From the NCBI GenBank assembly GCA_020629375.1, contig JAHDDK010000005.1:23910-87909 (forward strand): a DNA stretch of 64,000 nt, written 5' to 3'. Both the position numbers and the translations under genes were made by a program. Positions 48,901-55,826 of this stretch are shown here, one piece after another; the first letter of the stretch is position 1, and each line of letters opens with the position of its first letter. The notes under the pieces were generated by a model. The model ran no database searches, was not told the origin of the DNA, and saw only the letters and a program-made list of their open reading frames with translations. The DNA is from Acidimicrobiales bacterium. GTDB lineage: Bacteria; Actinomycetota; Acidimicrobiia; Acidimicrobiales; SHLQ01.

Positions 48901-51285
48901 ACCGGCTCCACCATCGATGGCTCCGGTGCTGGGCAACACCCACTTGAGGTACTCCGCTGGCTGAAGCTCGGCTTCAGCCCCCCAGTACGCGAATTCGTAC
49001 ACGTCGAACTCATCGGGTAGTTGATGAGACGTGATGTCTCGGACATCTCGGACGAACCGGTCCCACTCGACCTCGTACACCGCATCGACAGTGACACGGT
49101 CGTTGTCCAACCCGGCTTGCAGTTCGAACGGGCGCTCTTCGACCAGGTCATCTCGCTCGACCCAGTCCCCCGACTGGTCGACTTGTCGACCACGGCTGGA
49201 GATGAACGCTATTGCATCAGCCCCTAGGCCCGAGTCGATCTCCATACCCCCATTGGTCTCCGTGCCAAAGCGCGCATCCACGACCACTGAATCATCCGCG
49301 ACACCGCCAAGAATCAGCTCAGTGATGTCGTCTGACCCGTTCGGGTTGAGGAGCCGGTCGCCATCGGACGTGATGATCGTGGACCATCCCTCGGTGTCTT
49401 CGTCGAAGCCGACAGAGACGTCGATTGGCATGCCACTCTCGACATGAACTTCGATGACCTCGCCATCGGCATCGACGGTGTCTTCTCCCGCGCCGATGAT
49501 CGCCCGGTGGACGCCATCATTGTTCGCGCCGTGTCCTTGGAACCGAACCGTGTCATCTCCCCGGCCACCAATGAATGTCCCGAAGTCAAGTTCGGCGGTA
49601 TCGTCGCCATCTCCGCCGAGCACGACGGCATTTCGGTCCTCGGTAAACTCCGCCCGGCCCCAGTACTGGCCGTGGCCACCGCGCGCGGTGATGGAGTCGT
49701 TGCCGTCGCCTGCGGCGATTGTTGATGACGTGAGATGTCCAAGCGACGCTGTGTCGTCACCGCCTCCGAGATCGACGATCCCGTGGCTCACATTGCCTTG
49801 CCAGTCGAGATCGACGTTCGTGTCGTCGAACCGCAGGACTCCGTCGTCGAGATAGTCGTAGGTACTGAGGATGACGGCGGTGCCTGACACGTCCAGCCAC
49901 AGCGAGTCAGGATCCAAGGCGCCAAAGTCGACCGGGGTCTCTGAGACAAATCGAATGCGGCCTGCGAATGTGTAGAGGAAGGCCTGTTCCTCAACTGAGA
50001 GCGCGTCGCCCAGGGTCGTTCCGTTGTCCAGACGGAGGTCGAGCGTCAGCGTGTCGGTCGGCCAGCTCGCACCGAGATGGAGGAATCGGTTCTCCCGGTG
50101 TTCGGCTTCACGGTCGATGATGACTTCGAAGTCCACACCACTCGTCGGCGGGACAACTCGAGTCGTCAGGACACCATCGCCATTGAGGAACGTGTCACCG
50201 CCCCCTCCGTTTGATCCCTCGCCGCTGTCTCCATCGCCGCCACCACCGTTGCCGCTGTCACCGTCGTCGCCGTCACCGTCGCCAGATCCATCATCGATGA
50301 TGACGACGAGCTCGTCATCATCATCCTCGTTGAGCACAACGGTCGGCAGGTCGGGAACCGGAACCGTCGAACCACTTGGCGAACCCCCGGACCCACCTGG
50401 TGTTCCACTGACGAGCGGAAATGCAGCCGCACCGGGGATGATCAGGCCCTCGGGGGCAGCCGGTCCCATGACGCCTGCGGGCAACACCTCTCCACCGCGA
50501 GGAATAACGGTCGAGGGAACGAACACACCGGTCACGGGTCGTTGTGCTGGCGTCTGTGACTCGGGCTGGCCTGTGGGCGCCACTGCCACGACGGTGAAAC
50601 TCAAACGTCCGACCTCGTAGCCGTCTGCTCGATCGGAGCCAGCGAGTAAGACCGCAGTGACGCTCTGACCCGCCAACGCGTCAACGATCAGGGCACCATT
50701 TCCAACACGGGTGCCAAGCTCCGTATCGTCGCTCGTCCGGACCTCCAACCAAACGTCGACTCCCGGACCGGTTACGTCGGGACCAGGGACGCCGCTGACG
50801 ACGAGCTCGATCTGACCAGCAAGCACGGTCCCGCTGCACCCGCAGGACGTGGCAACACCTGCGTCGAGCAACGCCGTGACCAGGTCTGCGCCGCCAAGCG
50901 GGACAACATCACACCCGCCAGCAACCAACACGCCTTCATCCATCCAGACACATTCGGCACCGACCGGTGGTGTGGCGATCGTGACGCCGGCAGGCGGTAC
51001 CAGCTCACATGTCGCAGGATCTTGGGGAATGGAGACCGAGTCAGCACCAACCATGACGCACGGGCTGTCTGCGATGGCCGTGGACACTGCCCTCGGCGAG
51101 GGACCAACGGCTGTTCGGATCTCCAACGCGATGTCGTCTTCGTGATCAGCGGAAGGATCGGCCTCCACGAGCGCACCTGCGGCGGAGACACCCGCGATCA
51201 AACCAGCGGCGCACAACGAAATGCCAATCCCGCCAAAGCGTCGCACGACTGTCCACTGCGTCGACCGAACCTGCATGTAGCCCAT
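45904..51285 (-). CDS. Giant secreted protein C (1793 aa) with RTX-like Ca-binding repeats and distinct C-terminus
   Basis: Signal peptide ending ...GVSAAGA; LGGGDDTA, AGDGNDSI, GGDGDDTA, GGRGDDTV, DGGAGDGDTIVLNVL. Confidence 0.85.
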   Translation of the reverse strand: MGYMQVRSTQWTVVRRFGGIGISLCAAGLIAGVSAAGALVEADPSADHEDDIALEIRTAVGPSPRAVSTAIADSPCVMVGADSVSIPQDPATCELVPPAGVTIATPPVGAECVWMDEGVLVAGGCDVVPLGGADLVTALLDAGVATSCGCSGTVLAGQIELVVSGVPGPDVTGPGVDVWLEVRTSDDTELGTRVGNGALIVDALAGQSVTAVLLAGSDRADGYEVGRLSFTVVAVAPTGQPESQTPAQRPVTGVFVPSTVIPRGGEVLPAGVMGPAAPEGLIIPGAAAFPLVSGTPGGSGGSPSGSTVPVPDLPTVVLNEDDDDELVVIIDDGSGDGDGDDGDSGNGGGGDGDSGEGSNGGGGDTFLNGDGVLTTRVVPPTSGVDFEVIIDREAEHRENRFLHLGASWPTDTLTLDLRLDNGTTLGDALSVEEQAFLYTFAGRIRFVSETPVDFGALDPDSLWLDVSGTAVILSTYDYLDDGVLRFDDTNVDLDWQGNVSHGIVDLGGGDDTASLGHLTSSTIAAGDGNDSITARGGHGQYWGRAEFTEDRNAVVLGGDGDDTAELDFGTFIGGRGDDTVRFQGHGANNDGVHRAIIGAGEDTVDADGEVIEVHVESGMPIDVSVGFDEDTEGWSTIITSDGDRLLNPNGSDDITELILGGVADDSVVVDARFGTETNGGMEIDSGLGADAIAFISSRGRQVDQSGDWVERDDLVEERPFELQAGLDNDRVTVDAVYEVEWDRFVRDVRDITSHQLPDEFDVYEFAYWGAEAELQPAEYLKWVLPSTGAIDGGAGDGDTIVLNVLNPLPENTVLGVGDLEDTVDVGTVLGFENLEIVAEWIPVPDDPPASPTSPGVSGEDHGGSGAHYTGYNSNAPDLNDGWTYRFRVKAAGPTAVEYANDPTARNEAFVDVGELNDDGEFIFRGRRRIFQWADTRTSIVVENPDRIAFRNPSDQNIAFELFFTDMTTVDPQTGVTHEVTSTWGLDPGEVRLGSAPDLGPGMNEPTPPASSSPPTGGGSPSITDLPLWNGASRGTGSGSGGTSWTEFNQRLEDVSGGADITPSDRFDWLVRHTGIEAWGDTRDRVLFDGEALYLESNEQRAAHEPTWRESANHPLLLTPRNFENLADRGLTGATLRNQHDEPLTFRVTHWNDTKEVVTLQPGEGWEMAYPAERHAAVVGGETLLAGDTMILADLPGTDFAPRLMSPDADVRVVGPIDLGDRTENVVSIEGGSRVIEWQTPETGLPQDYGSGAFTFAPHKDQKVSVALDESGGFKALTTAVDGFGGTKLLRAELNGTNFEYVITDVLPDDYEPGDVLDARPLHVTTDIGSWTGDLGEIFDPVDVLWREQSDFDDFRSFVADISLLDDPDLQNAARTRAYGRTDAEGLLQQAVGGSSWFTTEEIDSIDRLDIGAGISLLGDPENMDLFAARQHEAAHRGNIEFVRENPPGPGVDQLAIQGSLPTRNQVVGQVEHRPPLDNMLNELHVATAMFDSPVRDWIGDDLDETVDTVMDLTWSNRDELVSNVERQFETALVDITHPDVLAITGAYQGVSITVALPLDKNATDPFRRLLPSGKPPLIVASVNQDSPLRSSARFSFPAIGPVQTGTELSVILNTGNGQVTAMAKLVTAVNFASPFLHRGGYYAGAFSLNGPANDVNHTQEELEDNPYLGGISGFNTNIVSNPIARRIGTGLALHGVGTVGSALAGPVILGDFANGPAPDLSLLTAGGLSAFAANILLHGNFDVAYGWGHPNLYTETYSAEDEFRIRIGQADFVWDEGLRFIPDSPDAARPPSS

Positions 51286-51309
51286 GTCACATCTTTAGGG
51301 CAGGCCGAA

Positions 51310-51325
51310 AGGTACGAATGTACCT
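51310..51325. promoter_or_regulatory. 16-bp palindromic operator, 24 nt upstream of giant gene C ATG
   Basis: AGGTAC-gaat-GTACCT (perfect arms). Confidence 0.78.
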
Positions 51326-51373
51326 AGTTAGGGCTCGGCGATGGCTTTGCCGAAAACCGGCACTCGCTGAAGG

Positions 51374-52633
51374 TCACGGCTTCAGGATCGTGACTTTCCG
51401 CTGCAACTGTGTCTCGCTCAACGGGTCGTGCATCGATCCCCACTGGCCGTGCACCGAACGTTCGAGACGGGTGCCGTCGACGAGATCGATCTCGACGCCA
51501 CCACCCATCTTCCAGGCGTAGGTGGCGTCGTACTCAGGCCGCGCCTCGACGGACACGACCTTCGCTTGGAGCTCCCGAACCGGCTCCGTGTTGATCCGGT
51601 TGGTGTCATACGTCGCCGGATCGGTTGGGTCGGCCAGGATCGAAGCCGCGATGTTCCATTGGGCCGAGTACTGGGCCGCCATCACCGAGGCGGTCCCATC
51701 CAAGCTGTTCTGCGTCGCCGCCTTGGTCGGACCGAAGGCCCGGATCTCCACGACGTCGCCCGCGCCGAAACCGTGGTCGGCGACGAGCTCGATCGTCGCC
51801 TGCATCATCGGGTGAATGTCGCTGCACGCCGCATACGGCTTGATCGTGATCTCGTCGAGCATCCAGCGTTCGCCGAGACCCTCGGTCAGGAGATGCACCC
51901 GTGTCTCGTCGGTGAAGACCCGGCAGAAGCCGTAGGTGCCGGCAAGGCCGTCGGTTGCGCCTTCGAGCCCGGCGTCAACCAACAACGCCGCAGCCACTCC
52001 CCCTTCGGCGGCACGAGCGGCATGGATTCGCTTGGCCATCCCACCAGAGGCAGCAAACTCCATCGTGCCAGACGCCAGCGATGCTGCGATCCCGAACGCA
52101 TGGTTGAACTTCGGCGCATCGAAGCCAAGCAACACCGCGGCGGCCGCGGCTGAGCCAAACACCCCCGACATCGACGTCGGGTGAAACCCGCCGAGCATGT
52201 GACTCGACGGGCCGACCGCGATTCCTGCGCGGCCCATCGCTTCGTAGCCGACTGCGATCGCGTCGAGCAGCTGCGATCGTGACGCGCCGACGTAGTCGGC
52301 GACCGCCTTCGCTGCGGGCACGACCACTGCGCCGGGATGGCTGATCGCCTCCTCGTGGACGTCGTCGAGTTCGAACGCGTGTCCCGCAGCGCCGTTTGCG
52401 AACGCGGCCATAGCGGGCGAGGTTCGGGCTTCGTGACCAATCACCTCACACGAGCCGGTGCCACCTTGGGCCAACGCGTACCGAGCGGCCGACTGCGACC
52501 ACGGAAGCTGTGCCCCGAACTCGATACAGGCCGACGTATCGAGCAGATACCTCTCGGTCAGCACGATCAGCCGGTCGTCGAGCTGGCCCGGGAGCCCCGC
52601 ACAGAATTCGGCGAGTTCGGCCGAGGCGGTCAT
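51374..52633 (-). CDS. MmgE/PrpD family protein, possibly C-terminally shortened
   Basis: AAFANGAAGHAFELDDVH, HPGAVV, GFHPT, KPYAAC; ends DPLSETQLQRKVTILKP. Confidence 0.85.
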   Translation of the reverse strand: MTASAELAEFCAGLPGQLDDRLIVLTERYLLDTSACIEFGAQLPWSQSAARYALAQGGTGSCEVIGHEARTSPAMAAFANGAAGHAFELDDVHEEAISHPGAVVVPAAKAVADYVGASRSQLLDAIAVGYEAMGRAGIAVGPSSHMLGGFHPTSMSGVFGSAAAAAVLLGFDAPKFNHAFGIAASLASGTMEFAASGGMAKRIHAARAAEGGVAAALLVDAGLEGATDGLAGTYGFCRVFTDETRVHLLTEGLGERWMLDEITIKPYAACSDIHPMMQATIELVADHGFGAGDVVEIRAFGPTKAATQNSLDGTASVMAAQYSAQWNIAASILADPTDPATYDTNRINTEPVRELQAKVVSVEARPEYDATYAWKMGGGVEIDLVDGTRLERSVHGQWGSMHDPLSETQLQRKVTILKP

Positions 52634-53685
52634 GCGTCGAGGGCAGCTCGGAGCAGTCCGTGCAGGTGCGGCACGGTGTTCTCCGAGTGCACGTCGGCCA
52701 CCCCGGAGGGGTTCACGATCAGCGGGCCGGGCGTGTAGCCACGGCTGTTCATGCCGCGCTGGACCGAGTCCATGATGTCGAAATCCTCAGCGACCGTCGT
52801 CGACCAGTCGAGGTCGATCACTTCTTGCTGTTCAGCCGTCGGCTCGGTCGTGTCGAACCACCACTGCCGGATGAGCAGCGTGCGGTCGACGGCGAGTGGA
52901 ATCCACCGGAAGGTGTTGAGCACCTGCCCCGGGTAGCACTGGATCGACGAGACCGGCCACGTGAAGAACGAGCCATACGCATCGGACTCCTCGGCGCTAC
53001 GGGTGTAGCCAGCCTCGTCGGAGCCTTCTGCAGTGTGATGAATGCAGTTTCCTCGCGGCGTGATCCGGTAACTGGCTGGCGACACGACTCCCGCCGTGAA
53101 CGCCTTGTGCACGTTCGGGCAGTGGTAACACTCGTTGTAGTTCTCGACCGCGATCTTCCAGTTGGCGTCGATCTCGTGGGTCAGTGTCGCCGTGAGCTGA
53201 CGGTTGGGAGCGTCGGGAGCGATCGCCGCGAGTTCGTCGCCGATGCCCGGGATGGTGTCGGCGAGCGCCGGAGCGTCGGGGTCGAGATTGACGTACAGAA
53301 ACCCGGACATCTCCTCGATCCGCACCTTCGGGATGCACAGGGCACCGACGTCGTTGCCTCGCGCACCTCGCAGCTCGCCGCCGAGGTCGTAACTCCAGGC
53401 GTGATATGGGCACACGATCACGCCACGCACCTGCGTGGTCTCTTCGAGGACGAGCTCGTGGCCGCGGTGCTGGCAGATGTTGTAGAAGGCGTTGATCGTG
53501 CCGCCGTCGTTCACGATCAGCACCGGTTCATCGCCAACTGTGGTGGTGAGGATCATCCCGGGTTCGGCCACCTGGGAGCGATGCCCGACCATGATCCAGG
53601 TCTTCGCGAAGATCTTGTCGAGTTCGGCGGCGAAGATGTCCGGATCGGTGTAGTAGTGCTTCGGGAGTCCGAGTGGGCGGTCCAT
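52630..53685 (-). CDS. Rieske non-heme iron oxygenase alpha subunit (choline/carnitine/betaine monooxygenase-like)
   Basis: CQHRG...CPYHAW Rieske ligands; NWKIAVENYNECYHCPNVH; EDFDIMDSVQRG. Confidence 0.9.
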   Translation of the reverse strand: MDRPLGLPKHYYTDPDIFAAELDKIFAKTWIMVGHRSQVAEPGMILTTTVGDEPVLIVNDGGTINAFYNICQHRGHELVLEETTQVRGVIVCPYHAWSYDLGGELRGARGNDVGALCIPKVRIEEMSGFLYVNLDPDAPALADTIPGIGDELAAIAPDAPNRQLTATLTHEIDANWKIAVENYNECYHCPNVHKAFTAGVVSPASYRITPRGNCIHHTAEGSDEAGYTRSAEESDAYGSFFTWPVSSIQCYPGQVLNTFRWIPLAVDRTLLIRQWWFDTTEPTAEQQEVIDLDWSTTVAEDFDIMDSVQRGMNSRGYTPGPLIVNPSGVADVHSENTVPHLHGLLRAALDA

Positions 53686-53719
53686 GGCAGTCCTCGGTTC
53701 GGGCGATCAGCGCGGGGTT

Positions 53720-54838
53720 CTACGGGAGGTCGGCGAGTGCGGCGACGAGTTGGTCCATCTTCTCGCGGAAGTTGACATCGGACCGCATGAAGCGCTTCTC
53801 GAGTCCGCGGAACGAGATCGATCCGTCCTTCACGATGACGCCCCGTTCGAGCAGGCCGTCGAACACCTGGTTGGAGTCGATGTCGGGGTCCATGATCTCG
53901 ATGAGGAAGAAGTTCGACATCGAGCCGGGCACGAAGCGGAATCGGTCGAGCGTCTCCGCGAACAGGCCTTCGACGTAGGTACGCGAGTCGATGATCGTGT
54001 CGATCGTCTTCTGCACGAACGCGGTGTCGTCGAGGGCGGCGACACCGCCGATGATCTGGAGCTGGCCGATGTTCCAGGTCGGCTTGACGGCGAGCAGGGC
54101 CTTGATGATGTCGGGGTGCGCCACGCCAAAGCCGAGGCGTAGACCGGCGAGGCCGTAGACCTTGGAGAACGTGCGGAGCACGGCGAGGTTGTCGTAGTCG
54201 TGGGCGAGATGGATGTAGCCGGGTCCGCCCGAGTAGTGGACGTAGGCCTCGTCGAGCACGACGAGCGCGTGTGGTGCCGCCTCGATGACCCGTCGCACCT
54301 CGGCTTCCGTCATCCAGGTTCCCGACGGCGAGTGAGGGTTGGTCAAGAAGACGATGCGGTGTTCGGGCTTGATGGCGTCGATGTAGACATCGACGTCGAG
54401 GGCCATCGTCGTGCGGTCGGTCGCCTCGTGCGCCATGTCGGGGATGCGCCCCTCGGCCTCGGCGAACAGGTGGTACATCGGAAAGCACGGACCGGGCATC
54501 AAGATGCGCTCGCCCATCGCGGCGAAAGCCCGAAGGATCATGGCGATGATCTCGGTTTCGCCCGCGCCACACACGAAGTTGTCGGGTTCGTATCCGTAGG
54601 TGTCCGCGAGCTTCTCTCGGAGTGGCTCCGCGGTCCACGACGCGTAGGTGTACATCTTGTCGAGCGCGTCGCCGACCGCCGCCTTCGCCATCGGGGAGGT
54701 GCCATAGGGGTTCTCGGCCGAGCCGAGCTTGGCGATGTCGTCCGGGGAGATCCTGTACCGCTGCGCGACGTAGTCGATTGGCAGGCCGGGTACGTAGTAC
54801 TCGGGGTCTTTGAGGCCGGGGTGGGCATAGGTGTACAT
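53720..54838 (-). CDS. PLP-dependent aminotransferase, HisC-like
   Basis: KLGSAENPYG, TNPHSPSG, VLDEAY, RTFSKVYGLAGLRLG. Confidence 0.85.
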   Translation of the reverse strand: MYTYAHPGLKDPEYYVPGLPIDYVAQRYRISPDDIAKLGSAENPYGTSPMAKAAVGDALDKMYTYASWTAEPLREKLADTYGYEPDNFVCGAGETEIIAMILRAFAAMGERILMPGPCFPMYHLFAEAEGRIPDMAHEATDRTTMALDVDVYIDAIKPEHRIVFLTNPHSPSGTWMTEAEVRRVIEAAPHALVVLDEAYVHYSGGPGYIHLAHDYDNLAVLRTFSKVYGLAGLRLGFGVAHPDIIKALLAVKPTWNIGQLQIIGGVAALDDTAFVQKTIDTIIDSRTYVEGLFAETLDRFRFVPGSMSNFFLIEIMDPDIDSNQVFDGLLERGVIVKDGSISFRGLEKRFMRSDVNFREKMDQLVAALADLP

Positions 54839-54847
54839 GTCGGTCTC

Positions 54848-55753
54848 CTACTCGGCGTAGATGCCGGCTCGGGATCGGTTGCGGTGAAATTCGTCGATGG
54901 CTGCGGCGACGTCGGTCGCCGAGTCGGCGACGGCAAAGGCGAGCAGTGTTTCGAGCAGTGCGGTGGCGGCCACGCTCGACGAGAACGGAAACGGCGACTC
55001 GGTCGGCACGGAGAAGCCGTAGGTGGATCGCAGCACGATCGGTGACGTGCGCGAGTCGGACACGGCCACGACGGGCACGCCGAGATCGACCGCCATGTTG
55101 ACGGCCTCGACGATCTCCACGCGGTAAGGACTGAAGGTGAGCGCAACCAGCACGTCGTCTGGCGTCATGCGGGCGACGTCGTCGATGGCGATGCCGATCG
55201 TCGGGATTGCGGTGAAGTTGTCGAGCGCCATTGAGGCGACGTAGGTGAAGTTGTCGGCGAGAGGCTTGGCTGTTCCGACGCCGAGCACGTTGGCCCGTCG
55301 GGCACCAGCGATGAGGTCGGCTGCGCCCTTGAGGTCGTCGACGTCGAGCTCGGCGAAGAGCGTCTCGATGTTGTTGAGGTGCGCCTCGGCCATCGAGGCG
55401 AAGAGCGCTCCGTGGCGGCCGCCTTCGTTGATCGACTGCAGCCAACGTGCCCGATCCGGAAACGAGGGCGCCGTCTCAGAGGCCTCCCGACGGAAGGGAT
55501 CCCGGAACTCGTCATACCCGCCGAACCCGACGGCACGCGCCATACGCACCAGGGTGTTGGGCTTGACCCCCGCAGCCTCGGCAAGGGATCGCATCGACGA
55601 GACGGCGACGTCGCCGGGGTTGTCGAGCACGTGTTGTGCGGCGCGTTGCACCTGTGGGGTCATCGTGTCGAAGGCGACGGTGAGCGCGTCGAGAACAGCC
55701 ACGGCCGTATCGGCGGTGTCCGAGGAAGTCGTCGTCGCAGGCACTTGGTACAT
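54848..55753 (-). CDS. MurR/RpiR family transcriptional regulator
   Basis: SMRSLAEAAGVKPNTLVRMARAVGFGGYDEF HTH; SIS domain (TFSPY, VAVSDSRTSP); start uncertain (55753 or 55744). Confidence 0.9.
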   Translation of the reverse strand: MYQVPATTTSSDTADTAVAVLDALTVAFDTMTPQVQRAAQHVLDNPGDVAVSSMRSLAEAAGVKPNTLVRMARAVGFGGYDEFRDPFRREASETAPSFPDRARWLQSINEGGRHGALFASMAEAHLNNIETLFAELDVDDLKGAADLIAGARRANVLGVGTAKPLADNFTYVASMALDNFTAIPTIGIAIDDVARMTPDDVLVALTFSPYRVEIVEAVNMAVDLGVPVVAVSDSRTSPIVLRSTYGFSVPTESPFPFSSSVAATALLETLLAFAVADSATDVAAAIDEFHRNRSRAGIYAE

Positions 55754-55772
55754 CTGTACCAGAGGCTACACT
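55746..55772. promoter_or_regulatory. Palindrome TGGTAC-atct-GTACCA plus TACACT -10 in divergent rpiR/gcvT-like region
   Basis: Perfect arms at 55746-55761; TANNNT hexamer at 55767-55772 on + strand. Confidence 0.6.
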
Positions 55773-55826
55773 CAATCGAACGCTCGTCCCATCACGGCGA
55801 GATCAACTCCTGCGAGAGGACACCCC

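Noticed and set aside
50200-50330. GDGD/GGG low-complexity DNA repeat in giant C
   Set aside because: Explained as a coding Gly/Asp-rich linker; not an independent repeat element.
51230-51250. VRRFGG in giant C as a Tat signal
   Set aside because: Poor match to S/T-R-R-x-F-L-K and absent from paralogs A and B.
32648-51285. Giants as classical polymorphic toxins (Rhs/CDI) or T1SS RTX toxins
   Set aside because: No immunity ORFs in the 171- and 245-nt gaps, no YD/Rhs repeats, no recognisable nuclease or protease motif, N-terminal Sec signals present, and no ABC exporter in the window.
32435-51325. Palindrome as a LexA/SOS box
   Set aside because: The actinobacterial SOS box is CGAAC-N4-GTTCG. 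Half-sites here are GGTAC/GGTCC/GGTTC, never GAAC, and the downstream genes are not repair genes.
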